This document shows positions 33,050 to 47,961 of a DNA stretch of 64,000 bases, piece by piece. The stretch's first letter is position 1. Each line of letters opens with the position of its first letter. Both the position numbers and the translations under genes were made by a program. The stretch is taken from NCBI RefSeq assembly GCF_009914755.1, contig NC_060937.1; one strand, written 5' to 3'. Under the pieces are notes generated by a model. That model was not told where the DNA came from, searched no databases, and saw nothing but the letters and a program-made list of their open reading frames with translations. This DNA is from the human T2T-CHM13v2.0 reference genome, Homo sapiens.

Positions 33050-33431
33050 GCACAGGGAGGGGAAGCTCACTGAAAACTGGGTGTGCAGTGCTAAAGTGGC
33101 TGGAGGTGGGAGGCCTGGGTCCTTCCCCAGCTCTGGCACTGAGCGTGTGGTCTGAGCCTGTCACTTAACCTTGCTGAGTTTCAAGCTCCTGCACGGTACC
33201 AAGGGTCTAACACCCGCTACTGTCTACCTGACAGGCTTGCCTTGAGGATCACAGTGGTGCTGTGTGTGACAGCAGGCTCAATCTGTAATGCATGATATAC
33301 TGATCAATTATCACCATTACTAATTAAAGATTTATAATAAGTTAGGCAAAAAAGGTTTAATGAGGCCAGGAGATAAGACCACGGAAAAATTACCAAACTG
33401 AACACAGAAACAGGTTGCTTGCTCCAAGTGA

Positions 33432-33740
<309 letters not shown>

Positions 33741-34033
33741 GAGTGACTCCTCTTTAAATCAGTGTTTGAGAATGATGCTTAGAAAGTTAAAGTAGCTTTC
33801 TTTTAACTGTAAAGACAGAAAAGCACAGAGAAGAAAAGCTTAAGTCTTTCCTCTCTGAAACGCAGGTGCCAGGTTGGTCAGTTCTGAGCAGCATCTGAGC
33901 CTCAAGATGCTGACTGCGGCTCAAACAGCAGGTCTGGGTTGACTCTGTGATCCTGTGTATGTCAAAGGCACCGATGCTTCCTGTCCTCCCCAACCTGCAA
34001 AACCTTTCTCTCAGCTAGAAAAACCCAACGCTG

Positions 34034-34429
<396 letters not shown>

Positions 34430-34794
34430 CTAAGGGACCATACATGTTCACTCCCAGCCCTTCCCACAGCACCACCACTGGCTGGTGTGCTTCCTCTTGA
34501 AGAATCTGATAGCACCACGAGGGCAGGAGCATCCTGTTTGGTTTACCCCCATCTACTCCCAGGCATGTGCACACAGGCCCACGCAACATCTGTTGAAAGA
34601 CACAGGTAGTCACTCAGCACCGAATCTGCGTCCTCAGTTCCACACTGAGGACAAAGCCTGCCAGTGCCACCCCAAAGGTCTAAGGTGATAAAGGAGAACG
34701 AAGCCTCAGTCAACAGCAGCACCTTCTCTGAAGTTTAACATGCAGGTCTAAATGAAACGGGCCCAAGGGAGGTTCACACAGAACAAAAGTCGCA

Positions 34795-35170
34795 GGACTA
34801 TGGCATATTATTCAGCTATAAAAAGGAAGGAAATCCTGTCATATGCAACAATAAAGATGTACCTCAAGAACATTATGCTAAGTGAAATAAGCCAAACACA
34901 AAAAGGAAATATTGTATGATTCCAGTTATGTGAGTTACCTCCAGCAGACAAATTCATAGAGACAGAAAGAAGAGAGATTACCAGAAGAAAGGGGAACAGG
35001 GAATTTTTATTTAAGGGGTACAGTTTTTGTTTGGGATGATGAAAAAGTCTTATGTATAGACAGTGGTGATGTTTGCAGTAATGGTGCATTTAATGCCACT
35101 TAACTGAACTGTATACTTAAGAATGGTTAAAAGGATAAATATGTATATTTTTCCTCAATTTTTAAAAATG
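34795..35170 (+). mobile_element. L1MB 3' end
   Basis: TATTATTCAGCTATAAAAAGGAAGGAAATCCTG...CATTATGCTAAGTGAAATAAGCC...GAACTGTATACTTAAGAATGGTTAAAA. Confidence 0.85.
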
Positions 35171-35248
35171 GGGAAAAAAGTCTCCTAACTACTCCTATTT
35201 AGCAAACTCGTGTTTGAACAACGGCTCCCTTTTTAAACATAGCTACAC

Positions 35249-35519
35249 GGCTGGGTGCAGTGGCTCATGCCTGTAATCCTAGCACTTTGGGAGCTGGAGG
35301 CAGGAAGGCAGGAAGATCACTTGAGGTCAGGAGTTCAAGACCAGCCTGGCCAACATGGCAAAACCCTGTCTCTACTAAAAATGCAAAAATTAGCTGGAAA
35401 TCGCTTGAACCTGGGAGGCGGGGGCTGCTGTGAGCCGAGGTCATTCCACTGCACTCCAGCCTAGGCAACAGAGCAAGTCTCCACCTCAAAAAGAAAAAAA
35501 ATTTAAATAAATAAATAAA
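35249..35519 (+). mobile_element. AluS with right-arm deletion
   Basis: AATTAGCTGG joined to AATCGCTTGAACC; TSD TAAACATAGCTACAC. Confidence 0.9.
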
Positions 35520-37225
35520 CATAGCTACACAATGAGAAGACTGGACCTAGGGACTGGGTAGGATATAGCAGGGCAAAGTCTCCACGTGAAGTCCAAACCC
35601 TAGGGCAGCTGCACCTCCCCACCCCACTGGCCCTCCACCACACGGACACTGACTCACAGCAGAGCCACGCTCCTAGAGACACTTGGGGTGTTAAGCATCT
35701 GTGGGTGCCACAAACATTCAAATAGTAAAATCAACCAGGGCAGTCGAGACTGGACATTTCTATGTCGATGTCTGTTTATACCTGAGCAAAGAAATACTAA
35801 GTGGCCGTGTCCCTAAACAGAAGCCAGATCAGGAGTCCTGGTTTTTCTTTCTTTTTCCATTCCCCCCTCAACATTTGCTTATGAAAAATTTCAAACATAC
35901 AAAAAGGTTGAGAGGATTATTCAGTGACATCCCTAAACCTACCACCTGGTTTTGTTTGGTACGGAGGGAGGGGGAGGACCCCACAAGCTGTTCTGATTTT
36001 TTCTCCATCTCCCACCATAGTGAGGCACTAGTCTAGGGATACCACAAGGGCTGTCCCTGTCTTAAGTGAATACGTAAAAAATAGTACCTACGGATAAACT
36101 GTGTTCTTGCCTGAGTACTTTAGAAAGGATGAAACGTTCCTTCAGTTTCATAGAGAATGAAAGCATTTTTTCAGCTTCAGACAGTGTATTTTAAGCTTTA
36201 GTTTGAAGACAGTTGATTTCATGGCCAAATTATGAACTTTTGAAAGAATTTTCATGAGAATACTCATCAGTCAAGACTGCAGCTGGAAATGAACAACTCT
36301 GACATATTACTATACCATTTTAATGAGACTTCACATATGGGAAATTTTTCTTTCATCAAGAGTTTTATAAATATGACCCTCATGGATGTGGACTTTAAAA
36401 AAAATGGGGATATCAAGCAAAGTAAATCTAACTTTGGAAATTTCTTTGGCATCACCAATTGATTCACACACATTTTAAGTAACAAACTACAAACACTGGA
36501 ATTTTAAAACCATAACAACTCACAAAACAAAAACACCTCATTCTCTAAATCCAGAGCTGAGACAACTACTAAATCCCATGCTTAATATAGGTGGCCTGTG
36601 TAAACAATGTGAGAGCAAAATTTTAAGCATGCCTTTAATTTGGTCCTACCAAACCCAATTCCAACCCTCAATCCAATCCTGGAAAATGCTATCAGATGTT
36701 CAAGAATTTTTATTCTAATTTATCCTAGTGCTTCACAAACCCACACTGGCTGCCAAACACACATCAAGCACCAACCAAGGAACCAACCAAACCAATGTCT
36801 CATGGGACCTGTGCTAATGACACATGTTGGCATTTTCTGAAGCAGGATTTCTTGAACCTAAAATTCCAGCTATTATTTAAATCATATCCCTACTATAATT
36901 AACTAGCAAAGCTGAAACTAAATCAGGCAGATGGGCCAGGCCTCCAGCCAGATGCTAAATGTCAGAATCATAAACCACTATGTGGATGTACCACACCAGC
37001 ACTGTCAAGCCAGGAAGCCACAGGCCAAGGGCTACCTCTCATAATGAGGGTCTTTGAGGAAGGCAGTGATTGCATTCCTCTGGGGATCCAGGAAAACACA
37101 CTTTAGAAGAATTCCCACTCTCCAATAGCAGCATCATCACAAGGCCTCAGAGAATTTGGCATTGCCATATGTGTACTGAGCATTGTGCTGGACACTATAA
37201 GGTCTCACCTAGGTAGAATTGGGTC

Positions 37226-37426
37226 TTTTTTTTTGGTGGGGGGGGCAGGGTCTCACTCTGGTTGCCCAGGCTGGAGTGCAGTGGCAAGATCTGAGGGGGA
37301 GTTTCGCCATGAGATGGGGTTTCGCCATGTCACCCAAGCTCGTCTCGAATTCCTGGACTCAAGTGATCCCCCCGCCTCGGCCTCCCAAAGTGCTGGAATT
37401 ACGGGCATGAGCCACCATGCCCAGCC
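37226..37426 (-). mobile_element. Internally deleted/rearranged Alu
   Basis: Right-arm end joined to left arm with duplicated GTTTCGCCATG. Confidence 0.8.
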
Positions 37427-38622
37427 AGAGTATCACTTCTACATAAGCTTACAGTCTCGGGGAAAAAGACACCATCACATTCTCTATTAGACAGCTTTGT
37501 ACATTATATTTTTATGATATACATTATGCAAATATAAATGGCATAAAAAAATTGAGCTACAGAAGTCTGTACTCAAGATATCACAACAGAGTGACCAAGT
37601 TGCAGATACATTATTAGTTCTTTGCAGCTTTCCTAATAGCAAGCGACCCAACAGGATGGGCCATCTTATATTCAATTTCATAGCCCAGCAGGGGTTCTCA
37701 ATCGTTAAGAAAGCCTTGCCTCCTCTGCACCCCTCCAAGTTTTGGATACGCTCCAGCTAGGGAGTTAGAACACCCCTCCCATTTGAGAATCACTGCTATG
37801 GACTGAAGTAATAAATACTGTGACTGTCCAAAGAATCCCTGCCTACTTCCATGGAGGAGCACAATTCTTCAGGAAGGTGTTGAGATTATTTGGAGAAGGT
37901 ATCTTAGAGAAAGGGATGTTTCACCAAAATTAGAAAGGCTGGAAGGGCTATGATTTGATGGAGGAAGTGTGAAGCTATTCTTGGAGCCTGGAACTTCCAA
38001 TGAAAAGGCTCAAACGTGGGAGAGAAAGATGAACAAAACAGCCAAAAAATGTTGGGGAGGGTGCAGGTGTCGTCCGGGTACATTTAATGAGAAAAATGAG
38101 TGAGACTCCCGAGTAAGAATGGAGTTAACTAGTAATGAACCATGTTGGCCCTTAGCATTCCTGCTCAAGATAACTGCCTAGAGGCAGGGAGGCTCACTAT
38201 TCCAAACAGAGGCCCACTCCTTTCAAAATCCAGCTTACATTCTTAAGATCCTTACCATCCTAACTGATCAAGGGTCTATAGGATCTAAACTACACTACAA
38301 GATTCTAACAATCAGTGTTAACAAGAAATACAAACCATGGCTACAAAATATGGGATTTTTTCATTTTTCTCCCAGAAAAATTCCCATGTATGTCAAATAT
38401 TGTCACACAAACAAAAAGTATTTGTGAATTAACTTAAAACACTTGTCACAATTAACTTGACATGATCTAGATGATAACCAACAAAGTCTTCCCAGGGTGA
38501 ACGGCAAACATTAAACAATGCCAAATTTCCATTCTAATTTTAACATCATAACCAATGTCTTTATTTCCAATATTACCTTGCTGTTTTCATACTTTCAAAA
38601 TAAAACTAATAATCACGTAACA

Positions 38623-38936
<314 letters not shown>

Positions 38937-40403
38937 TTAGCCTTAAAATACTGAGAGAACAGCTAACAGTGAAATGAACATCCCAAGCAGGGCTGCCCTC
39001 ACACTGGGGCCATCACAGGGCACTCTATGTAATAAAGCCCATTACAGAGAGCAGCAGTGACCTAGCATACAATGGGAACGATGCCCCTGGACTTGTGTAA
39101 TTTGAAGGCCGATTCCTTCTAGAGGAATTACTAAGCAATAGACTTTTTAAAAGGAAGAAGATTCAGAGAATGTTTAGAGCTAGAAGTCAGTCACTTCAAT
39201 CAAGCCTTACCCTTCTTTCTGATCATCAGAATATTTCGGTACTTTTTAGAACAGATTTAGTCAAGACAGAGTCAATGCATTTGAATTTACCTTCTGTATT
39301 TCTTCACACCAACTGTTTTTAAAAAGTCAGTAAGAAATACTGTTCAGAAGTTTCACAAGATTTTAACTACAAAATAAAATACAAAAGCAGCTTTTCGAAA
39401 ATGGTGTTGGTATGGTTTTTCCAATACAAAAAAGAACACCTCTCCCCTAACCCCAGCTTCCCGAAATCCTTCCTCTGTTTATGGTCAATTTATCAGCTTC
39501 AATCCCCACCCTACCCCACCCCTTGGTGGAGTTTAGGAGCCCAAGGCTGGCTATTTACAACATAGCATTTAAAATAACAAGGAATCTTATTGTAAAATCA
39601 TTCCCCTCCCACCAAAAGAAAGCCCCTCCCACCAACCCTGTGATTTGCTAAGGAACATGTACAGCTCCAATTTACACTTAAACTATTTCAAACTCGATGG
39701 AGAAGCCAGAAGAATCCCTTCCAGTTCTATAATTCAATGATTCTAGTAATTCACCTTGGTAATTTTGCAAGACAGGCTAGCCTCTGCTCAGATACCTTAA
39801 ACTGCCTGAGATTTGGAAAGTTATTAAATGTTCACCAACTTATATTCAAAGGAATGCTGGTATATTCATTACACTATTATTATATTCAGTGCCTTCTATA
39901 CCTGCATGAGACAAAATTTTGTGAGACACTGACTTGTTAATTACAGTTAAATAGACGTCATAAACAGTTTATACGTTCTCATTTTGGAATATTTTTTCTG
40001 TTACTACCTTATTACAACGGTTGTTACAGAAAAAAAAAAAACATACAAAGCAGCTTACCAAAAATATACAACAAGATTTAGCACAAATTTCCTAATAATC
40101 AGCCATGAGTTACTTTTTCCATGATTAAGGGAAGGCCCCTCATCTTCTAAGTTAAAATTTTAAGCAAAACACTTGTGCAAGATCACACACATTTTTGTGA
40201 TTTCCCATTCAAATTTCAGTATATTTGTTTCTTATTAAAATACGGGCAAACTTTCCTTTAAAAATGTACGTATTTGTTGAATACTTTGTGAAAAGAGCTG
40301 TTCAGCTATTAATTTGAATTTTTTACCGGCCAAATGTATACTCTATGGCTTAGTAGTTAAGGTGAAATAATTTTTTTAATGCTATTACATTAAAAGCACT
40401 CTT

Positions 40404-41087
<684 letters not shown>

Positions 41088-42448
41088 TTAAGTTCTTTCA
41101 TGGTGATCCTCGCAAAATAGCATTTCTCATCCAAAGGCCTCAGAACAGCCGCCAGCCGCCGAGCTAACTCGGGACCCTGTTACCGGCTGCTTGGCGCCCT
41201 GGTCGGGTGGGTTTTACCTTCTTCAGGGTCCATTCCTCGCCTCGCCCCCCGTTCCCAACCCTCGGGACACTGGAGACTTGGATTTCACAAACGGGTTTGC
41301 TCCAGGCCGCACTCCATCCCCGAGGGAAAGCTCCCCAGAAGTTCTGGAGTTGGGCTGAAGGATGTGATGGCAAGATGTGAATGATGTCAGAATCCCCATC
41401 TCCAGAGTCCGGCTGGGGAGCTAAGCGCAGGTGAGCTTACATCAGAAGAGAAAGCCAAACCCCCCACACGTCGCTAAACTAGGGCACGGGAATGGCGTGT
41501 TATGCAACGGCCGCCGTTCGCGTGGCCACGAAAGCGCTCCTGCGCCTCGGGCCGCGTCCCGCCAAGACCGTGAGCAAACTCGCAGAGTTGGCGCGGCAGC
41601 CGGCCGGGAGACGCCGAGCAGGGCCTGGCCGCCCGCAGCCCGGGAGGAACGGCGCCCCCAGGGTCCGGTGGCCTCTGAGGGGCTGACTGGCCCGTGAGCC
41701 GGCGGCGCGGCCGCGGGGAACGGGGTGGGAACCGCGCGGCAGTGGGTGAGGCGGCGCAGCCACCGGGGGCTGAGGGGCGGCGCGGCCTCGACTGCGGCAC
41801 CGCCGTGGGTCCGTCGGCTCGCGGGACGACGGGGCGGCCGGCGGGGGCCAACAGGGCGGGCTCTGAAGGACTGATTGGCCCGTGGGACGATGGCGCGGCC
41901 GGGAGGATGGCCCCGGATCCGTGGGACCGCTGCGCCGCCGGACCGGGGGTCCCGAGGCTGTCAGGGGCGCCCGGCCGGGCGTCTAGTGGAAAGCCGATCC
42001 CCCGGAGACAGCGGAAGCAGAGGCGCGCCCGGCGCTACGGCCTTTCGGGTCTAGGACACCGCCCCCGGCCCGCGCCGCCCCTGCCCCGCCGGGATCCCGG
42101 CCGCCCCGGTCGCCGCACAACAAAGCGGCGCAGCCCCGCTGCCCCCGCCCGACGCCGGCCTCCAACTTCCCCGGCTCCTCTGGAACCGGCTCCGCGGGCT
42201 CCGTACGGCCTGGACTACGAGCCGCCGGGCGGGGGCGGCTCCGGGCGGGCGCGGACCGTGGGGGCAGGGCGCAGGGCTCCGTCCGGACAAACTTCCTCGG
42301 CCGCCCCGCCGGGCGCCCTTCCCGGAGCCTCGGCACCACAGTAGGTGCGCGGAGCCGCAGGGCTCGACCGCTTCGCGGAAACTCTCGCCACCCTCCGAGC
42401 TGCCGCCCCGACCCCAGCTCCCAGCCCCCTCACCTCCAGGGGCGCGGT

Positions 42449-42592
42449 CTACACCCTCGGGGGCGTCCTGGCCGGCGGCTCCCGGGCCTCTCGCGCCGGG
42501 AGACCGGGCACTGGTGGCTGGAGCTGCTGCTGGCCCCGCAGGGACGGGGGAGCCCCGGGCGGCGGCGGTGGCGTGGACGGCGACTGCTCCAT
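42449..42592 (-). other. 47-aa uORF in exon 1 (MEQSPSTPPPPPGAPPSLRGQQQLQPPVPGLPAREAREPPARTPPRV)
   Basis: ATG in strong context GGGAAGATGG (-3A,+4G); TAG at 42451-42449 before the exon-1 donor. Translation not demonstrated. Confidence 0.55.
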
Positions 42593-42640
42593 CTTCCCGG
42601 GGCGCTCACGCCGCGGTTCCAAAGCGCAGACCCAAGTGGG

Positions 42641-42666
42641 ACATTCGCTACATTGTTGGCATTCCA
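42641..42666 (+). promoter_or_regulatory. TEAD/MCAT-like cluster (ACATTCG, ACATTGT, GCATTCCA)
   Basis: CATT at 42642, 42651, 42660 (9-bp period); the last is a canonical CATTCCA. LATS2 is an established YAP/TEAD feedback target. Confidence 0.6.
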
Positions 42667-42671
42667 CGGGC

Positions 42672-42681
42672 GTCACGTGAC
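42672..42681. promoter_or_regulatory. CLEAR / extended E-box palindrome GTCACGTGAC (TFEB/TFE3/MITF/USF type)
   Basis: Exact 10-bp palindrome adjacent to presumptive TSS; binding not provable from sequence. Confidence 0.65.
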
Positions 42682-43113
42682 CCCGCCTCCCGCGTCACTC
42701 TCGGCCGCATACCAGTCCGGGCGGGGCGCCTGCGGCCCCTGCTCCTCCGCGGCCGCTCCGCCCAGCCCCGCCCGGCCGTGCTTCCTGCCTCCGGCCTCGA
42801 CCGCCACCTGCCCACGGCCTCCCTGCTGGCCTGCGGTAGCTCGCCAGGGCCTCTCGGACCTATTTGACTGGCTGCTATCTGCCCCCAAACTTGAGTATTT
42901 GCCCTCTCGACTGCATTTGTATTAAAAGTTGGTAACTGTCGTTAAAGCCACTATTCTTAAGTATCTCATACCAGTCTTGGTGAAAGAAAAGAAAAAGTTA
43001 GCAGGCCTGAAGGAGCCACCAAGTTACCAACTAGTGGCTGGACACTAAAAATAGGGGCAGAAAAGGACAGACGGCTATTGGGACAGTGGAATCAAACAAT
43101 TAAGAAGGACGTT

Positions 43114-43435
<322 letters not shown>

Positions 43436-44185
43436 TTAACCTGATTTAATTTAATCAACCTCCCCTCCCCATGTATATTTTCTTTCTGAGAAGTATTTTA
43501 TGGTGTAGGGAATAGTATAGTACCGTATATACCAGCAAGTGAGGTCGTGGGTTTTGAACAGCTTCACTATCCATTTGAGGACTGTGGATCTGGTACAGGG
43601 ACAGAAGCAGGGATGGTGCAAAGATTCACAGTAGAAATAATAGACTGGAAGCCAAATCCTCAGTCTACTTCTGGCTCTCCTAACATCATACTTCCTACCA
43701 CCTATATCTGTGGCAAGTGATGCTGAGGGTCAATATAGTGTTTAAAGTCAACTCGATTTCCTCTTTAATTGACAAACTCTTGTGAAATTTTTAAATTTTA
43801 CTCTCATGGGAAACAGTAGTAAAGGTCATTATCTGTGCACTATTTTGACAGTCTCACCCAGCCTTCAGTCCCTGGTTCATCCTCCTCCCCTCCTTCCTCT
43901 CTTTCAATCTCTTAAGGCCTCAGCTCTTCCAGGGAATCTTCTCAGATCTCTGTTTTCTCTCTTCTTTGGGCTCTGATAATCAAACCGTAATCCCTTCCTG
44001 CCAGCAGAAGTGTGCAAAAAAAAAAAAAAAGAAACCATCATCGTGCAGCTTAGAATTCAATTTAATTTTTCGATAGTATCCTGTATGCTACCCAGATATC
44101 TTGCACAGTACTGGGAGCAAAATAAGTCTCCAGCCAATATTCTGCAATTGAGCCCTACTGGCATTACCTATGTACTTTCCCACAT

Positions 44186-44360
44186 TTTTTCCTTTTTTTC
44201 TTAGAGACAGAGTCTCACTCCATTGCCCACGCTGGAGTGCAGTGGCACAATCATAACTTACTGCAGCCCACATCAGCCTTGAACTCCTGAGCTCAAGCCA
44301 TCCTCCTGCCTCAGCCTCTAGGGTAGCTGGGAACACAGGCGCACACCACCATGCTTGGCC
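44186..44360 (-). mobile_element. Alu right-arm monomer (FRAM/AluJ)
   Basis: Antisense right arm. Confidence 0.8.
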
Positions 44361-44559
44361 TTCTTTTCACTCTTAAGCTGACTATACTTTCTCCACCCCA
44401 ACCCCAAGCCACATGGCTGCTAATCTTTTTTTGTTGTGTGTTTAAAGATCCTGCTCCTGCTCTGCCTTCAAAGATGTAAAAATAATTTTTAAAACACTTG
44501 TGGAATGAAAAATATTATAAAATAGATTTAATGGACCTTAAAATTTGTGCATAAAATAC

Positions 44560-45110
44560 CTAATAAAAATGTTGCAGTTACAATGATCATTTCAGCATTG
44601 TTTGCAGTAGTGAAAAATTGAGAAAAACCCCAAATGTCCAGTCAAGGGGTAGGAAAATGAAAGGTAGATATCCAAATGATGGAATATACACAGTAGCTAA
44701 GTTAATGAACTAGCTCTGTAGTTGTAAAGGATAAATGATGGTAGAAAGAATTCAAAAGCAGTGTGGAGTGAAAAAAAGCAAGTTGCAGAACTATATATAT
44801 ACACTGTGATACCATATTTATAAATAATCAAAATCCCACAGAACCTAAAATGATCACATACTTTATATAAGTATAGACATAGAATGCAATATCACACACA
44901 CCAAATTCATGACAGCTGTTGTTTATATTAGAGGGAAGGAGGGAAATTGAGCAGAGAAAAAAAATGAAGACTTCAACTTTACAATGCTTTCTTTTATTTA
45001 AAAAACGGAAATAAAACTCAAAATCTTAAAAGTTGTTGGTTCTGGGAGGTTGGGTTCAATAATGTGTGCTATACTATTCTTTGTGCCTTTTTTAAAAAAC
45101 ATTAAAAATT
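44560..45110 (+). mobile_element. L1ME 3' fragment
   Basis: CAGCATTGTTTGCAGTAGTGAAAAATTG..CCCAAATGTCC..GATGGAATAT..GTGAAAAAAAGCAAGTTGCAGAA. Confidence 0.65.
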
Positions 45111-45276
45111 TTAAATTTTATATATATATATGAATACAGACAAATTGGAAACAAGTTTCCAAGATAGGGGCTTGGTTGGGAAAGCTGACACGCTCACATG
45201 GAAGAATGTTGTGATTAACGATTTGTGTTTATTAACATGCAGTCATTCATTCCTTCTCATTTTTGTTTGTTGTTGT

Positions 45277-45427
45277 ATGTTTGGGTTTTTGTTTTGTTTT
45301 CTGTTTTGTTATTGGTACCTGCTATGAACCATGTGCTAAAATTAAAAAACCCATGTTTGGGTTTTTGTTTTGTTTTGTTTCTGTTTTGTTTTGTTATTGG
45401 TACCTGCTATGAGCCATGTGCTAAAAT
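45277..45427. repeat. Local tandem duplication, ~76-bp period, 2 copies
   Basis: ATGTTTGGGTTTTTG...GTTATTGGTACCTGCTATGA(A/G)CCATGTGCTAAAAT at 45277 and 45353. Confidence 0.9.
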
Positions 45428-45526
45428 AAATCATACTTGGGATAACATGGTAAGCAAAACCATAAGATTTATCCCCTGATGGGGTTTATAGTGTGGTAGA
45501 GGTAGAGGTGTTCAAGAAAAACACAT

Positions 45527-45670
45527 GCTGGGCATGGTGGCTCATGCCTGTAATCCCAGCACTTTGGGAAGCTGAGATGGGTGGATCACTTGAGGCCAGG
45601 AGTTCGAGACCAGCCTAGCCAACAGAGTAAGATCCCATCTCTACTAAAAACAAAAAAAAGAAAGGAAAAA
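45527..45670 (+). mobile_element. Alu left-arm monomer
   Basis: Single arm. Confidence 0.85.
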
Positions 45671-45865
45671 CAGCAACAATATAAGTTTATTTTATATGTA
45701 TATACAATAAACTATGTACACATGTATATTTTTTAAACTATTTTTAAAGCCCAGAAAATTACACAGCCAAATGTTAAAAGTGGTAGTCTCTGGATGTAGT
45801 GTAGTGATTCTGAATGGTTTTGTCTTATACTTCCTGATACTTCTATAGTAGGATAGTTAACATAA

Positions 45866-46192
45866 TTTTTTTTCTTTTTTTCTTTTTCTTTTTTTTTTTT
45901 TGACATGGAGTCTTGCTCTGTCGCCCAGGCTGGAATGCAATGGTGAGATATCAGCTCACTGCAACCTTGCAACCTCCATCTCCCGGGTTCAAGCAATTCT
46001 CCTGCCTCATCCTCTGGAGTAGCTGAGATTATAGGCATGCTCCACCATGCACGGCTAATTTTTGTATTTTTAGTAGAGATGGGGTTTCACCATGTTGGCC
46101 AGGCTGGTCTCGAAATCCTGACCTCAGGTGATCTGCCTGCCTTGGCCTCCCAAAGTGCTGGGATTACAGGCTTCAGCCACCATGCCTGGTCC
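45866..46192 (-). mobile_element. AluS
   Basis: Full dimer with small TGCAACCT duplication. Confidence 0.93.
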
Positions 46193-46592
46193 AGAAAATG
46201 TTTTAAAGTTAATCAGTTAAATAAGCACATCTACATAATGTATCTAGCTGAGAAGAGGAGAAAAAGAGACAACACAAGACCAGCTGAGCATAGAGCGGAC
46301 AGTAGTAACAAAATTGGAGTGTATAAATTAACTGACATAGTATATACATATGTGTATGTGTGTGTCCTTATTCTATACCAAGTATTGCTCTAAATTTGTA
46401 TATTATATCATTTAATTCTCAAAACGACCATGTTATTCAACCCATTTTATAAAAAAGGATCCTGAAATGCAGACGGCTCAAGTAACTTGTCCAAGATCAA
46501 AGAGCAGAGATTCAGACCTTCATAGATCTAACTCCAGAGATTGGAAACACTGAATTATAATGCCCTCTCTAGATAATCTCAAGAAGTCATGA

Positions 46593-46938
<346 letters not shown>

Positions 46939-47137
46939 TTACTCCCTTATACTTCCTCTGAAAGAGGAATGGACTTTGTGGAGTGAGGAAGAGGGGAACT
47001 CAGAGACTTGTGTCTCCAGCCTCAACCAAAGCAGAGAACGATTCCAGGCCTAGCAGACACAGAGAATCCACTTGCTTGTGAGGCCTCTGCAGTTGTGAAG
47101 CCAGGATAGTGTAGGGGTTCTCTCCCTAAGGCTCCTA

Positions 47138-47458
<321 letters not shown>

Positions 47459-47697
47459 CTAACTACAGAAGAATGTTCTCTATGGGCAGTAGCATAAAAA
47501 TAGAATAGGATCAGATCATGCAAGACCCAGACAACCGAGAAGAAAACGGAACATCGACTTGTTTCATTTGTTTTAGAGTCGTTTTATATCCATATACAGT
47601 AGTTTATGTCCTTAACTAAATTATGCATTCCTTAAGAACAGAGAAGATATTCTCCCCCAAAAACCATATGTAAAGAACATTTTAATGGTAAAATTCA

Positions 47698-47961
<264 letters not shown>

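Larger units (their letters stand above)
42434..42671 (-). other. LATS2: LATS2 non-coding exon 1 (5' end approximate)
   Basis: Consensus donor CTGGAG|GTGAGG at 42434/42433 inside the CpG island. Sequence GCCCGTGGAATGCCAACAATG... resembles the remembered mRNA 5' end; TSS not determinable exactly from sequence. Confidence 0.8.
41140..42870. promoter_or_regulatory. CpG island / LATS2 promoter
   Basis: Very GC- and CpG-rich, repeat-free ~1.7 kb with many GC boxes (GGGCGG/CCGCCC) surrounding exon 1. Confidence 0.92.

Noticed and set aside
41694-42344. 216-aa and other Arg/Pro/Gly/Ala-rich ORFs in the promoter
   Set aside because: Stop-codon scarcity in a CpG island; non-ATG starts, low complexity, no recognisable domain.
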